A DNA stretch of 63,907 nt, counting the filler, from Octopus bimaculoides (Eukaryota): the NCBI RefSeq assembly GCF_001194135.2. It is 7 parts of 7 records of this genome, joined end to end, with 100 filler letters (N's around TTAATTAATTAA, not from the genome) between each part and the next. Parts side by side here need not be neighbours in the genome. Positions count along the whole stretch, not along the records: positions 10,225 to 26,524 come from NC_068998.1; 6 more parts are not named here. The stretch is one strand, 5' to 3'. Positions 10,905-25,187 of this stretch are shown here, piece by piece. The notes under the pieces were generated by a model. The model did no database searches. It was not told the DNA's origin and worked only from the letters and a program-made list of their open reading frames with translations. Within the stretch, counting starts at the first letter, position 1. Every line of letters begins with the position of its first letter. The position numbers were made by a program, and so were the translations under genes.

Positions 10905-11330
10905 GCTAAGGCGGCAAGCGGGCAGAAGCGTTAGCACGCCGGGCGAAATGCTTAGCAGTATTTCGTCTGTCTTTACGTTCTGAGTTCAAATTCCGCCGAG
11001 ATCGATTTTGTCATTCAACCTCTCGGGGTCAGTAAACTAAGTACCAGATGCGTACTTGGATCGATCTAATCGACTGGCCCCCTCCCGCGAAATTTCTGGC
11101 CTTGTGTCGAATGTACAAAAGATTATATATACGATTTATATATATTTAATATAGCATATTTAATATATATTCGCTAAGGCAGCGAGCTGGCAGAAACGTT
11201 AGCACGACGGGCGAAATAGTTAGCTGTATTTCGTCAGTCTTTACGTTCTGAGTTCAAATTCTGCCGAGGTCGACTTTGCTTTTCATCCTTTCGGCGTCGA
11301 TAAATTAAGTACCAGTTGTGTACTGGCATC
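10905..11330 (+). mobile_element. Two tandem SINE family C copies
   Basis: aaggcggc.agc.ggcagaa.cgttagcacg.cgggcgaaat... heads at ~10907 and ~11176, each preceded by the same ~50-bp flank. Confidence 0.9.
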
Positions 11331-11642
11331 NNNNNNNNNNNNNNNNNNNNNNNNNNNNNNNNNNNNNNNNNNNNNNNNNNNNNNNNNNNNNNNNNNNNNN
11401 NNNNNNNNNNNNNNNNNNNNNNNNNNNNNNNNNNNNNNNNNNNNNNNNNNNNNNNNNNNNNNNNNNNNNNNNNNNNNNNNNNNNNNNNNNNNNNNNNNNN
11501 NNNNNNNNNNNNNNNNNNNNNNNNNNNNNNNNNNNNNNNNNNNNNNNNNNNNNNNNNNNNNNNNNNNNNNNNNNNNNNNNNNNNNNNNNNNNNNNNNNNN
11601 NNNNNNNNNNNNNNNNNNNNNNNNNNNNNNNNNNNNNNNNNN

Positions 11643-11683
<41 letters not shown>

Positions 11684-11828
11684 GAATATATACATGTCTT
11701 CGTGTGTTCTTCCATCTTCCATTTTCCAAGAAACCTAACAAAACTTCTGTGTAAGCATCTGTCACTCCTTACATGAGACTCCTTTATGTACCTATTCACA
11801 TGTTTTTGCATTCATGAGTAGGTGCGTT

Positions 11829-11868
<40 letters not shown>

Positions 11869-12071
11869 CTCCCGTGAAATCCAAGGAAAGCTTATAAAAC
11901 CTCCATCCATTAGCATTACTTTCGTAGAAAATGTGATTGTCCTTAAATAACATGGACTGTTTTTTGTTGGAACTTTTATTGCATGTGTCTCTTTCTATTA
12001 CATGCTTCTCTTTCTCTTCCTCTGCCCTTCCCCCCTCCCTCTATCTATCTCTTCTTATTCTTCCTATTTTC

Positions 12072-12131
<60 letters not shown>

Positions 12132-13575
12132 NNNNNNNNNNNNNNNNNNNNNNNNNNNNNNNNNNNNNNNNNNNNNNNNNNNNNNNNNNNNNNNNNNNNN
12201 NNNNNNNNNNNNNNNNNNNNNNNNNNNNNNNNNNNNNNNNNNNNNNNNNNNNNNNNNNNNNNNNNNNNNNNNNNNNNNNNNNNNNNNNNNNNNNNNNNNN
12301 NNNNNNNNNNNNNNNNNNNNNNNNNNNNNNNNNNNNNNNNNNNNNNNNNNNNNNNNNNNNNNNNNNNNNNNNNNNNNNNNNNNNNNNNNNNNNNNNNNNN
12401 NNNNNNNNNNNNNNNNNNNNNNNNNNNNNNNNNNNNNNNNNNNNNNNNNNNNNNNNNNNNNNNNNNNNNNNNNNNNNNNNNNNNNNNNNNNNNNNNNNNN
12501 NNNNNNNNNNNNNNNNNNNNNNNNNNNNNNNNNNNNNNNNNNNNNNNNNNNNNNNNNNNNNNNNNNNNNNNNNNNNNNNNNNNNNNNNNNNNNNNNNNNN
12601 NNNNNNNNNNNNNNNNNNNNNNNNNNNNNNNNNNNNNNNNNNNNNNNNNNNNNNNNNNNNNNNNNNNNNNNNNNNNNNNNNNNNNNNNNNNNNNNNNNNN
12701 NNNNNNNNNNNNNNNNNNNNNNNNNNNNNNNNNNNNNNNNNNNNNNNNNNNNNNNNNNNNNNNNNNNNNNNNNNNNNNNNNNNNNNNNNNNNNNNNNNNN
12801 NNNNNNNNNNNNNNNNNNNNNNNNNNNNNNNNNNNNNNNNNNNNNNNNNNNNNNNNNNNNNNNNNNNNNNNNNNNNNNNNNNNNNNNNNNNNNNNNNNNN
12901 NNNNNNNNNNNNNNNNNNNNNNNNNNNNNNNNNNNNNNNNNNNNNNNNNNNNNNNNNNNNNNNNNNNNNNNNNNNNNNNNNNNNNNNNNNNNNNNNNNNN
13001 NNNNNNNNNNNNNNNNNNNNNNNNNNNNNNNNNNNNNNNNNNNNNNNNNNNNNNNNNNNNNNNNNNNNNNNNNNNNNNNNNNNNNNNNNNNNNNNNNNNN
13101 NNNNNNNTATATATATATATATATGTTCTCTATGTGGCCTGTGTGTTTTCTGTACTCCGTTTATCATTTTGTCCACGTTTTTTTTTGCAACGTCCTGTAC
13201 CCAGATATGCACCTATATATACATGTAGATGTAGGTATGTACATACATGTACGTATTCAACTTCATAGGCTAATATCATAACTTAACAACACTTCTCACT
13301 TACTCTGCTTTCTAACGGTTCCAAGACCGATATGCTATACAATGTCAATACCTTTCATGTATTTTCAACTTGTTTATACACATGTAATTCTAGGACAATT
13401 ATGAATGTTGTCTGTTTTTTACTGTCTGCTATGAATTAATCAAATCTGACCCTGAAGAGATACAATATTCCATATATTATAATATGCATGAGTTAGTCTG
13501 GATATTGCATTGAAATGATCATAGGTCATAATAAAGTTTTTACAACGGATCACCTTTTAGCTCTTATTTAAATTG

Positions 13576-13608
<33 letters not shown>

Positions 13609-13666
13609 CATACATACATACATACAAACGTACGTACATACAAACATACATACATACATACATACA

Positions 13667-13698
<32 letters not shown>

Positions 13699-13699
13699 A

Positions 13700-13870
13700 A
13701 CACGTGTGCGTGTGTGTTGGTGTCTGTGCTTCTGTTTTTGTTTGTCTGCCACCATTGCCTGGCAACCGTTGTTGGTGTGTTTACGTCCCCGTAGCTTAGC
13801 CTCCCGGCAAAAAATACTGGCTTCGATTCATTTGACTAAAAAGTTGGTGTCCAGGCATACCCGCAGTTTT
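13700..13870 (+). mobile_element. SINE family B 3' half, decayed
   Basis: ttgcctggcaaccg..ggtgtgtttacgtccccgtagcttagc...ggcaaaa matches the family-B 3' region. Confidence 0.7.
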
Positions 13871-14516
13871 ATGACTGCAACAAGTAAAAAGATTAAAAAA
13901 AAGAAAAGAAAGGAAGATATATAAAGCATAAATTCAAGATGTGTGAGAGGTGAAGATAGATTTATTTATCAAGTATGACTTCCATATGCTAAGTTCAATT
14001 TGAAACGGGATTTTTCTAACATAGTCAAAGTTGATTTCTTGTAGATTGCTATCTAAAAGGTTAACTGCGAATTTTTCCTCGAAACATCCGACTTTCATAA
14101 AAAATAAAAGATACAGGGGAGAGAAAGGAATATTCTAGATGTGATTTAATTCAGTAAACTCAATCATCCGTTAAATAGAAAACAAGACAACGAGTTACAG
14201 AGTTATTATAATCTTGAAGGCCTTATTTCAAAATGGCTGCAAATCCAACGTCTAAATCTGAAAAATGAAATATAATAATAAAATGAAATAGAAACAAAGA
14301 AATGAAGCTAAAAGAAAAATATATTGAGTAAAAGTGTCTGGCAAACGTAACAAACACCAGCATAACGAGAGAGTATAGTCACAGAAATTACGTTGTTACG
14401 CTCATAATCATATTTTCGTGAGGTTCTGTTGCATCGAAGAATTCTTAATAAGATTAGCCGTCTGCCTAAGGTCATACGTCGAAAATACATTTGTTCTTGT
14501 CGTCCAGAATACGCCC

Positions 14517-14564
<48 letters not shown>

Positions 14565-14775
14565 ACACACACACACATGCACACACACAAATACACACAC
14601 ACACATACACACACACACACATACACACACACACATACTCGTACATCACACTCCCGTAATTTCGGCTTCTGACATACATCATGAATGCCATGATGAAGAA
14701 TGCATAGACCGCCATTCTTGTATATGTGATGTGCATGACGTGTATATGTATGTTTGTATGCATGTAGGTGTATAT

Positions 14776-14823
<48 letters not shown>

Positions 14824-14920
14824 AACAAACACAACGTACGCACACATACATACATTCATACATAATACAAAGACTGGAATATATACATACGCACACAAAA
14901 CACACATACATACATGCATG

Positions 14921-14951
<31 letters not shown>

Positions 14952-15069
14952 GTGTGGCGGTGTACGTCTCTATCTGAGTGTTTGTACGTGAATGTGTAAG
15001 TGGTCTCTTCCTCTCTCATTCTCTTTCGCCATCTTTCTTTATCTGTATGTGTGTATGTATATATATATA

Positions 15070-15123
<54 letters not shown>

Positions 15124-15216
15124 ATATATAAATTCATACATATATATATACATTTCTATACACACACACACATATATATANNNNNNNNNNNNNNNNNNNN
15201 NNNNNNNNNNNNNNNN

Positions 15217-15295
<79 letters not shown>

Positions 15296-15583
15296 CATAC
15301 ATGTGCGCTCGTATGACTGTGTGTTTGCGTGTGTGTGTGTATATATGTGTGTGTGCACGTGTACACGCACGTGTATGTGACCCACGGCATAAACGGCAGT
15401 GTCGTGGTCGACGAAGCCGTTGTTCTTGTCACTCATTACACCTCGGGCTATTTTATAACTCGGATGCTGAACTTCTTCTGCATACCAGCTAAACCGTGTT
15501 TAAATGTATGTTTACAAGTATCGAATTCGCTGAAATAATCAATACGCCAAATGGTAACTTAAGCAATATTTTCCTGTAGGCTC

Positions 15584-15657
<74 letters not shown>

Positions 15658-16839
15658 NNNNNNNNNNNNNNNNNNNNNNNNNNNNNNNNNNNNNNNNNNN
15701 NNNNNNNNNNNNNNNNNNNNNNNNNNNNNNNNNNNNNNNNNNNNNNNNNNNNNNNNNNNNNNNNNNNNNNNNNNNNNNNNNNNNNNNNNNNNNNNNNNNN
15801 NNNNNNNNNNNNNNNNNNNNNNNNNNNNNNNNNNNNNNNNNNNNNNNNNNNNNNNNNNNNNNNNNNNNNNNNNNNNNNNNNNNNNNNNNNNNNNNNNNNN
15901 NNNNNNNNNNNNNNNNNNNNNNNNNNNNNNNNNNNNNNNNNNNNNNNNNNNNNNNNNNNNNNNNNNNNNNNNNNNNNNNNNNNNNNNNNNNNNNNNNNNN
16001 NNNNNNNNNNNNNNNNNNNNNNNNNNNNNNNNNNNNNNNNNNNNNNNNNNNNNNNNNNNNNNNNNNNNNNNNNNNNNNNNNNNNNNNNNNNNNNNNNNNN
16101 NNNNNNNNNNNNNNNNNNNNNNNNNNNNNNNNNNNNNNNNNNNNNNNNNNNNNNNNNNNNNNNNNNNNNNNNNNNNNNNNNNNNNNNNNNNNNNTATATA
16201 ATATGTACACATATATAACTGCGTGTTTCTGACGTGGTCACCTCACCTCCGCAGTGGCTGGCCTCCGAGAATGAGCCTTTAATCTACTTTGAAAATAGCT
16301 GCTTCAATGGATATGTAATTAATTAATTGATTAATTGATAAATTAATTAACCAAGATATCTACACAGTCCAATGAGAGAGTCTCGATGTGGTCAATAATT
16401 TCTCAGAAACAGTAAATAAATGACTTGTTATACTGAGACACTGGCAGCACTTTGGTAAAGTGTCTCCTACTGTAGCCCCTGGGCCGACTGATGCCTTGGG
16501 AGTGAATTTAGAAGACGGAAACTGCGTGGATCCGGTCTTGTGTATATGTGTATATGTGTATGCATATATCGCGGTTCACCAGTCGCAGTTTATTATTTAA
16601 GCTTACGTCGATTCCTCCGTGCCGTTGTTTTGCAATAATATTAAAATAAATATATACAAATCATAAAAATATTTTTTTAAAAATACAGTACAGTACTGCT
16701 TTTTCTTCACGGATTTTCACCTATCAGGGTGGGTATGGGAACGTAACACCCGCGATAATCGAGGAATTACCGTATAAATATATATATATATATATATATA
16801 GATAGATATATATAAACAATATATGAGTATATGCATATA

Positions 16840-17060
16840 TATGTACATGTATGTACATACCTTCATCTACATGTACATATAGATACATAACTGGGTACAT
16901 GACGTGGCAAAAGAACATGGACAAAATGATAAACAGGTACAACAAACAAGCAAGCCACATAGAAACATCTCCTTCATCAGCTGCCACCATTAAAACACCG
17001 GCGTTTCGAAGAATTAAGGCAGTACGCATCGTTGAAATGGTTCTTCCTACGAACACAAAT
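16840..17060 (+). mobile_element. Dispersed repeat family E (Penelope-end-like); other copies at 13125-13260 (-) and 38690-38870 (+)
   Basis: Shared gggtaca.gac...catggacaaaa...aagccacat...ccttcatcag blocks in three loci. Confidence 0.55.
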
Positions 17061-18159
17061 TAAATTATTTTCGTGGAGGGTAATGGCGGACGGAAAACAC
17101 GACAGGAAAACGAACGGTGAATAAACAACAAGCAAAAAGGCTGTNNNNNNNNNNNNNNNNNNNNNNNNNNNNNNNNNNNNNNNNNNNNNNNNNNNNNNNN
17201 NNNNNNNNNNNNNNNNNNNNNNNNNNNNNNNNNNNNNNNNNNNNNNNNNNNNNNNNNNNNNNNNNNNNNNNNNNNNNNNNNNNNNNNNNNNNNNNNNNNN
17301 NNNNNNNNNNNNNNNNNNNNNNNNNNNNNNNNNNNNNNNNNNNNNNNNNNNNNNNNNNNNNNNNNNNNNNNNNNNNNNNNNNNNNNNNNNNNNNNNNNNN
17401 NNNNNNNNNNNNNNNNNNNNNNNNNNNNNNNNNNNNNNNNNNNNNNNNNNNNNNNNNNNNNNNNNNNNNNNNNNNNNNNNNNNNNNNNNNNNNNNNNNNN
17501 NNNNNNNATATATATATATATATACCGGAGCTAAACAACAGTAACATCGTCCCTTGCCAAATAGCCTTTACTTTGAAAGAACTGTTACTGAATATCTCTC
17601 TTTGAGAGATTTAGAAATAATAATATTTCTTTTTTATTAGATCAGTGATTGTGTGTCACTTTGAAAACTATATATATTCGAACGGTGAATTCAGCAACGC
17701 CACCTAGCCAAGCTCCTACTCTGTGTTGATAACGTGCAATAACCCAGAAACCGGTCCACAGATGTTGTTTTGTAGTCAGGTGGGAGTGCTGAACTCCTTG
17801 CTCGAAAATATAAGGACACAGATATTGTGTCGTACAGCCAGCTGGAAACGATGTTTCCTGGGGCTAAACAGCAGTAATGTGGCTGTCCCTTCCAGGACAG
17901 AATTCCAATGAGAAAGTCTCGATATGGTCGAGTCAATCACAGGGTGATCGCCAGTCAATCACAGGGTGAACTGAAGCAACATGAAACGAAATGCTTTGTT
18001 GAAGAATACAACGCACCACCCCATTCCGGGAATCGAAACCACTAGCAACGCAGCACCACTACACACCGGATAATTGTAATCCTTTATACATAGCCCCGAA
18101 AACCAGACACAAAGACATACACACACATAGATGTACTGATACTACTATGGCGTGTGATC

Positions 18160-18333
18160 TACAACTAGTCGATTACATCGACCCCAGTGTTTCACTGGTA
18201 CTTAATTTATCGACCCTGAAAGGATGAAAGGTAAAGTCGACCTCGGCGGAATTTGAACTCAGAACGTAAGGACAGACGAAATACCGCTGAGCATTTCACC
18301 CGGCGTGCTAACGATTCTGCCAGCTCGCCGCCT
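18160..18333 (-). mobile_element. SINE family C
   Basis: Minus: aaggcggcgagctggcagaatcgttagcacgccggg...gttctgagttcaaattccgccgaggtcgactttacctttcatcctttcagggtcgataaattaagtaccag. Confidence 0.92.
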
Positions 18334-18346
18334 TAATAATAATAAT

Positions 18347-18405
<59 letters not shown>

Positions 18406-18413
18406 TAATAATG

Positions 18414-18483
<70 letters not shown>
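18334..18483 (+). repeat. (AAT)n microsatellite
   Basis: About 50 AAT units running into a gap. Confidence 0.95.
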
Positions 18484-18886
18484 NNNNNNNNNNNNNNNNN
18501 NNNNNNNNNNNNNNNNNNNNNNNNNNNNNNNNNNNNNNNNNNNNNNNNNNNNNNNNNNNNNNNNNNNNNNNNNNNNNNNNNNNNNNNNNNNNNNNNNNNN
18601 NNNNNNNNNNNNNNNNNNNNNNNNNNNNNNNNNNNNNNNNNNNNNNNNNNNNNNNNNNNNNNNNNNNNNNNNNNNNNNNNNNNNNNNNNNNNNNNNNNNN
18701 NNNNNNNNNNNNNNNNNNNNNNNNNNNNNNNNNNNNNNNNNNNNNNNNNNNNNNNNNNNNNNNNNNNNNNNNNNNNNNNNNNNNNNNNNNNNNNNNNNNN
18801 NNNNNNNNNNNNNNNNNNNNNNNNNNNNNNNNNNNNNNNNNNNNNNNNNNNNNNNNNNNNNNNNNNNNNNNNNNNNNNNNNNNNNN

Positions 18887-19395
18887 GTCACAGAAAACGA
18901 GAAAGCAACCATACTCTGGGATATGCCAATACACACAGACAGAGAAATTAAGGCAAATAGACCAGATATCGTTGTCAAAGATCATGAAGGAAAAAAATGC
19001 TTTCTAATTGATGTATCAATACCAGCAGATGACAACGTTTCTCTAAAAGAAATGGAAAAACTTTCAAAATACAAAGACCTGGAAATAGAGATAACTCGAA
19101 TGTGGAATCTAAAAACAGAAACAATTCCTATCATAGTAGGTGCCTTAGGTATAATAAAAAAAATATTCAGACAAATACATAACAAAAACACCAGGACTTA
19201 CAAATATATATAACATACAGAAAATTGCACTACTGGGTACTGCACGCATTCTACCCAAAACACTTTCAATGCAGTAACCATAAGAGCACCACAGCAGACC
19301 ACAGTACATACCCAAGGCGCACAGAGCTGCACTCGGTAGTGAAGTGAAAGCACGTTATAAAAATAAAACTACTGAACAATAATAATAATAATAAT
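18887..19395 (+). mobile_element. R4/Dong-like LINE 3' end (RLE + 3' UTR) in (AAT)n
   Basis: ATILWDMPIHTDREIKANRPDIVVKD...CFLIDVSIP.D..VSLKEMEKLSKYKDLEIEI.RMW...IPIIVGALG; tail actactgaacaataataataat. Confidence 0.92.
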
Positions 19396-19726
19396 GTATG
19401 AATAAAGCCCTGACGCTCTATAGTAAATATTATTGAATGTAGAAAAGGCACGTAATTAAGACCTTTGAATTGTGTTTACAATATTTTTATACATGAATGT
19501 ATGGGTGTATAAATATATGATTATATTTTGTGACACATAGCTTTGAACACAGTATCCATTTCTTCTTCAGTTGTAATGGTCCAATAGAATATATTTCAAT
19601 TCTTAATAACGTACAATACACATTCGTCTGGTAACTTTTTGAACTTTTTATCTATATTTGCCAATTTGATACATAATATCAACGGCTATCTCTGACATTC
19701 GAGTGATTTATGTCTTTGTGTGTCGG

Positions 19727-19779
<53 letters not shown>

Positions 19780-19796
19780 ACGTGTTTATGCGCGTT

Positions 19797-19841
<45 letters not shown>

Positions 19842-21354
19842 TGTGTGCATATATATATATATATATGTATAAATATGTGCGCATGTATTATGCAAGTGTG
19901 TATAATGTAAATAGTAAACTCTAAGTTGGACAGTAAAAGAAGAACGTATTTGACAAATAGTGTATTAGATCTAATATTTGAGAAGCTGAGAGTAATTTAT
20001 CGTCCTAAAAGTTATACATATATATACTGTGCGTATGTGTATACACATATATATGTACATAAAAGTAATTATATACACACATACACACACACATACACAC
20101 ATATCTGTATTTTCTTTTAACCATTATCCTGTAAAATCACTGATTCTCACTGGGGGGGGGGAGACATATGTTCCCAATGGCGTGAGTTTGTTTAGGATAG
20201 AGATCTCCTTGTCAAGGGGGTCCCCACGCACTACGGCCCAAATTCCTTCTGCCGCGGCACTACTTGGAGTGACATGCAAGGTCCGGAATATGGGTTGCAA
20301 CGGAATGCCGCTTCCTCCAATGTCATTAGAGTTGCACCTTTCTAGCCAGTCCATCTGGCATTGCCCTCTTTCCCAAAGATCAATCGTTGAATTCGGAGGA
20401 TCTAGCTTCCTTCGCTTGATCCACAGTTAGGGGNNNNNNNNNNNNNNNNNNNNNNNNNNNNNNNNNNNNNNNNNNNNNNNNNNNNNNNNNNNNNNNNNNN
20501 NNNNNNNNNNNNNNNNNNNNNNNNNNNNNNNNNNNNNNNNNNNNNNNNNNNNNNNNNNNNNNNNNNNNNNNNNNNNNNNNNNNNNNNNNNNNNNNNNNNN
20601 NNNNNNNNNNNNNNNNNNNNNNNNNNNNNNNNNNNNNNNNNNNNNNNNNNNNNNNNNNNNNNNNNNNNNNNNNNNNNNNNNNNNNNNNNNNNNNNNNNNN
20701 NNNNNNNNNNNNNNNNNNNNNNNNNNNNNNNNNNNNNNNNNNNNNNNNNNNNNNNNNNNNNNNNNNNNNNNNNNNNNNNNNNNNNNNNNNNNNNNNNNNN
20801 NNNNNNNNNNNNNNNNNNNNNNNNNNNNNNNNNNNNNNNNNNNNNNNNNNNNNNNNNNNNNNNNNNNNNNNNNNNNNNNNNNNNNNNNNNNNNNNNNNNN
20901 NNNNNNNNNNNNNNNNNNNNNNNNNNNNNNNNNNNNNNNNNNNNNNNNNNNNNNNNNNNNNNNNNNNNNNNNNNNNNNNNNNNNNNNNNNNNNNNNNNNN
21001 NNNNNNNNNNNNNNNNNNNNNNNNNNNNNNNNNNNNNNNNNNNNNNNNNNNNNNNNNNNNNNNNNNNNNNNNNNNNNNNNNNNNNNNNNNNNNNNNNNNN
21101 NNNNNNNNNNNNNNNNNNNNNNNNNNNNNNNNNNNNNNNNNNNNNNNNNNNNNNNNNNNNNNNNNNNNNNNNNNNNNNNNNNNNNNNNNNNNNNNNNNNN
21201 NNNNNNNNNNNNNNNNNNNNNNNNNNNNNNNNNNNNNNNNNNNNNNNNNNNNNNNNNNNNNNNNNNNNNNNNNNNNNNNNNNNNNNNNNNNNNNNNNNNN
21301 NNNNNNNNNNNNNNNNNNNNNNNNNNNNNNNNNNNNNNNNNNNNNNNNNNNNNN

Positions 21355-21423
<69 letters not shown>

Positions 21424-22253
21424 GGACTGAGGCCGGGGTGACCGTCTCATCTTCATTTGTACAAACCCATATCATTCATCTTCATATGTTATATGTCTCC
21501 ACATGTCCTGAATTGTCCCCTCTTCGCTGGCCCCCTAGTGGGCAATAAAGAAATCTCTCTCAAATTCGCTCTTTCTGTCTGTATGAGCACATTCTAATGC
21601 GCGCGCGTGTTCGTTCTATGTGCTTATGCGCCCGCATTTGTGTGTGTGTGTGTGTGCATGTGAGTGTGTGTGTGTATGTGTGTGAGAGAGAGAAAGAGAG
21701 GGGGAGAGTGTGCGTCTGCTTCGCGGATAATATAATATGAATGTTATATGCATAACAGAAGGACTTCAATGTCGTTACATTGTTTATTAGTCTATTAACT
21801 TATGATTAGCATAAACGTGCTTATAATAGGTTATGTCTACGATTTTGCTCATAATATAAAGTCATAATAAATACGTAGACCATAATAGAATAATATTTCC
21901 GATTATTAATCATTGAACTAATATTAATTATCTCTAATTAACGTCTTGATGCTGGCTGCATTAAATGTCTATATTTCATTTTAACTATATAGCATTACTG
22001 CATTATATACTATAATGTATTTTATCATTGCTTATGTATTCTTTTATAGTCTGCTAAGCTGCATAGAGGTATACGCTCTTGTTTTACATTGGTCTAAGAA
22101 ACTGTATTGTACAAGCGGACTTAAGCGTAATTGCTTTGACGTTGATGTTCCGGCACGGCTGACGGAACATTAAGTCTGTTTTGGCGATAGTACTTTTTAG
22201 CACTGGAGACGAACATACATTCACACCCACGCAAACACATTCACACGCACAGA

Positions 22254-22284
<31 letters not shown>

Positions 22285-23266
22285 GTGCAAACACACACTC
22301 GCACATGCAATGGAATCTTATAAATTCTTTATCTGTTAAATTAATTCTGATTTTAATCGAGAAAGTAAGCCCACCATCGCCTATCATAGACAGAACGCCT
22401 GGCAGGGGCTCTGTCAATTCGTATATTCACGAGCCCTTCGAGGGAGAGATTAAATTGTATTATCGATTTCTTTACCTCTTTATAGATATAGTTTCTTTAA
22501 TCGCTAATCTTCTACAGTTTGAATGCAAATTCATTTCTTCACAAACATTAAAGACTAGCTTTATCTACAACACGAATAAAAACTGTGATTTGAGCTGATT
22601 TTGAGGTTGATTTCGGTACTTTTGTCGATAACCACTGAAAATTAACTAACCTCTAGTTAATTTTCTGCTCTTTCCGTTAGTTAACGTTTCCAAGTGGTTT
22701 TGTCTTTTCCGGGTAGAAAACTTCAACAACTGCCGCAAGGCACTCTTTCGTAAATTCTCCATCAATGAATTTGAAGAATTTTAGAATGTGTTTTTAGTTA
22801 ACAGCATTGATTACGCGTATAATTTCTTTTACAATCTTTGTGCCTTTTAGCCAAACGTTAATTCAGGATGAACCCAATCTGTTTGTTTCAATTTTAAACG
22901 TTTTTCATATTTCCTTTTAGTTTATCATACCCACAGTGTTTAGAAATGTAACGACTCTTAACGTTAAATTCTTCAAACACGGAACGGTATTAGGAATATA
23001 TTAAACAAGCTGGTTTGCTTTTCATTCTTATCTTTGAAAAAGCATTAATGTTTAACTGAAATCATTAGGAGAGTATTTAACATGTTTGCAGTATAAAAGA
23101 CTAAGGTTAAGTATTCCCAACCGGCTTTAAGATCACAAGCTATCGTATATCAAGTAACATCACAGAACGCAGACATTTGCATTAGACGAAACAGCTGTAA
23201 GTCAAAATTACTACAACAAAGCAGAATATGTAACGACCATTATTTATGCCTTGTCGTGGAGCGCGT

Positions 23267-23520
23267 GGAGGCGCGTGGCTTAGTGGTTAGGGTGTCAGCA
23301 TCATGATCATAAGATTGTGGTTTCGATTCCTGGACCGGGCGATGCGTTGTGTTCTTGAGCAAAACACTTCATTTCACGTTGCCCCAGTCCACTCAGCTGG
23401 CGAAAATGGGTAACGCTGCGATGGACTGGCGTCCCGTCCAGCTGGGGGCAACACATACGCCATTGAAACCGGGAAACCGGGCCCATGAGCCTGGATAGGC
23501 TTTAAAAGGGGGCATTTATT
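23267..23520 (+). mobile_element. tRNA-derived SINE (family A-like head, CORE/V-like body, distinct 3' tail D)
   Basis: A box tggcttagtgg, B box ggtttcgattcc; cttgagcaaaacactt...ctgcgatggactggcgtcccgtccag; the tail is shared with 53322-53430. Confidence 0.85.
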
Positions 23521-24082
23521 TATATTTTTTATAACTGGAGCGCAGCTTCGGATTTACTTTTAGGATAATGATGAACTATGACCTCTGACCCTGCCGCAAG
23601 AATACGCGAAGTTCTTTTACAATATTGTTAGCCTGATATAATACCAACAGAGAGCTTATAAAGTGTTTTGCCTGGATTGATAACTGATAACTCCTCGCTA
23701 ATTACTCTGTTTATATGTACGTGTGTGCGTGTGTGTATGTGTGTGTTTGTATAATCTAACAGGCTTACCTTTCTGCCAACCATTTCAATATCTCACCTAA
23801 CTACCAACACATCCGCCCACTTAACTATCTCGCTGTCCCCCTGGCTGTTTGTCTATCCGTTTATCAAACATTCTTATCGCTAAATATTGATCACAATTAT
23901 CACCAAGTCTCTTAAAGACCTATGATACAGTAAACAATTTTTTCTTGCATCCAACCGCAAAGAAAAGGGGAAAAAAACGAAACTTTATCTTCCTATTGCG
24001 CTCGTGTTTTCTCACTCTAACGATCATTTATCGCAAGCTATCGGATTATCGGTATTATTGTTTCTGTTCTTCTTTCTCTTCT

Positions 24083-24117
<35 letters not shown>

Positions 24118-25138
24118 TTGTTGTTGTCGTCGTTATTATTATACTTAAGTTCTTTTTTTTTAACATCTGATACTGATGCAGACAGATCATATATATTTGT
24201 TTTCATGCCTTATTTACACAAATACGCAAACCCACACACCCACACAGATATATACACATACACACAACACATATAGCATACCTATATACACACAAAAGTA
24301 ATATATAGATTATATGTATATATATATATATATATATATTAATAAAATAAAGTATATATCAATAAATATATATTAATAAAATAAAGTAGTGAAATAATAA
24401 AATAATATTTATTTGTCGCTGAAACTCCACAAAATTTCTTTTGCTTCACGTTTCCGATTCTCAAACGATAACAGAAATGGAAGAAAGAAAAACGAAAGCA
24501 GTAGTTCTTTTTCTAAGAAGCCCAAGCAATCACATAGAAGATCGTTCGTCCACTTGCCAACATAAATAAACTTATGGTAATGGTGTATATATGTGCGTGT
24601 CTAAGACTGTTTATATATATGNNNNNNNNNNNNNNNNNNNNNNNNNNNNNNNNNNNNNNNNNNNNNNNNNNNNNNNNNNNNNNNNNNNNNNNNNNNNNNN
24701 NNNNNNNNNNNNNNNNNNNNNNNNNNNNNNNNNNNNNNNNNNNNNNNNNNNNNNNNNNNNNNNNNNNNNNNNNNNNNNNNNNNNNNNNNNNNNNNNNNNN
24801 NNNNNNNNNNNNNNNNNNNNNNNNNNNNNNNNNNNNNNNNNNNNNNNNNNNNNNNNNNNNNNNNNNNNNNNNNNNNNNNNNNNNNNNNNNNNNNNNNNNN
24901 NNNNNNNNNNNNNNNNNNNNNNNNNNNNNNNNNNNNNNNNNNNNNNNNNNNNNNNNNNNNNNNNNNNNNNNNNNNNNNNNNNNNNNNNNNNNNNNNNNNN
25001 NNNNNNNNNNNNNNNNNNNNNNNNNNNNNNNNNNNNNNNNNNNNNNNNNNNNNNNNNNNNNNNNNNNNNNNNNNNNNNNNNNNNNNNNNNNNNNNNNNNN
25101 NNNNNNNNNNNNNNNNNNNNNNNNNNNNNNNNNNNNNN

Positions 25139-25187
<49 letters not shown>

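Noticed and set aside
15375-15440. EF-hand-like peptide MSDKNNGFVDHD on minus strand
   Set aside because: Wrong loop spacing, no convincing splice sites, embedded in microsatellite.
16310-16352. taattaatt-rich tract resembling the spacer or homeodomain sites
   Set aside because: Not flanked by N; AT-rich low complexity with no independent evidence of function.
23760-23800. Minus-strand donor aaag|gtaagc suggesting a micro-exon
   Set aside because: The acceptor lacks a polypyrimidine tract and there is no supporting frame; likely chance.
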